A stretch of 64,000 nt of DNA from Pseudomonadota bacterium (GTDB lineage: Bacteria > Pseudomonadota > Gammaproteobacteria > Burkholderiales > Thiobacillaceae). How positions within the stretch are numbered: the stretch's first letter is position 1; each line of letters begins with the position of its first letter. A program made the position numbers and the translations under genes. Of the stretch, positions 63,767-64,000 are shown one piece after another. Below the pieces are notes generated by a model that had not been told where the DNA came from, ran no database searches, and saw only the letters and a list, made by a program, of their open reading frames with translations. The stretch is taken from assembly GCA_030653935.1 (NCBI GenBank), contig JAURYL010000018.1:79268-143267 (forward strand), written 5' to 3'.

Positions 63767-64000
63767 ATGAATTCGCCCATCTACCTCGACTACAACGCCA
63801 CCACGCCCATCGACCCGCGCGTGACCGAGGCCATGCTGCCGTTTCTGCGCGAACAGTTCGGCAACCCGTCCTCGGATCATGTGTACGGCCGTCGGGCGAA
63901 GGCGGCGGTGGAAAACGCGCGCGGCGAGGTGGCTGCGCTGATCGGTGCGCGGCCGGTCGAGATCGTCTTCACCGGCTGCGCCACAGAAGCCAATAATCTG
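63767..64000 (+). CDS. cysteine desulfurase (NifS/IscS family), 5' part only
   Basis: My translation is [61 protein letters not shown]...[13 protein letters not shown]. Open-ended at the window edge. Confidence 0.8.
   Translation, partial: MNSPIYLDYNATTPIDPRVTEAMLPFLREQFGNPSSDHVYGRRAKAAVENARGEVAALIGARPVEIVFTGCATEANNL

Overview
High-GC chromosomal window that looks betaproteobacterial by gene content and repeat types. About 70 protein genes, one tRNA and no rRNA or CRISPR. The core content is orn, two alpha-glucan phosphorylases plus glgA, crcB, a his cluster (hisC / hisBHAFIE), tatABC, pgeF-rluD-bamD-relA, a lexA-like gene and folA. Accessory or unusual content is listed below.

1. A complete group II intron (5.5-7.5 kb) lies next to a vapBC module.
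2. ppc carries three frame-disrupting lesions and is probably a pseudogene.
3. An envelope/lipid A remodelling cluster (22.2-28.6 kb) has 2 PAP2 phosphatases, 2 ArnT-like glycosyltransferases, an ArnC-like GT2 and a DedA/TVP38-like protein.
4. tRNA-Ser(GGA) is followed by a degraded DUF433/DUF5615 toxin-antitoxin remnant.
5. An orphan toxin-immunity-like cassette (32.6-35.8 kb) has a small ORF, a lipase-like GxSxG hydrolase and two tandemly duplicated exported ankyrin proteins.
6. A copper-type periplasmic cluster (43.5-46.3 kb) includes a repetitive Met-rich protein.
7. A large sulfur-trafficking region (46.5-64 kb) is the candidate I consider most likely to be an undescribed system. It encodes rhodaneses, four DsrE-family proteins, an MBL hydrolase, TauE exporters and an ArsR-rhodanese regulator with a shared operator-like motif. 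It also encodes an uncharacterised periplasmic type II DMSO-reductase-family molybdoenzyme (alpha, beta, and a gamma subunit fused to cytochrome c), followed by SQR-like, PLP-dependent and cysteine desulfurase genes.

The intergenic DNA is saturated with several REP/MITE families. Some supply stop codons to his genes, and one sits in-frame inside pgeF. All functional calls come from reading motifs in the translated ORFs; no database search was possible.
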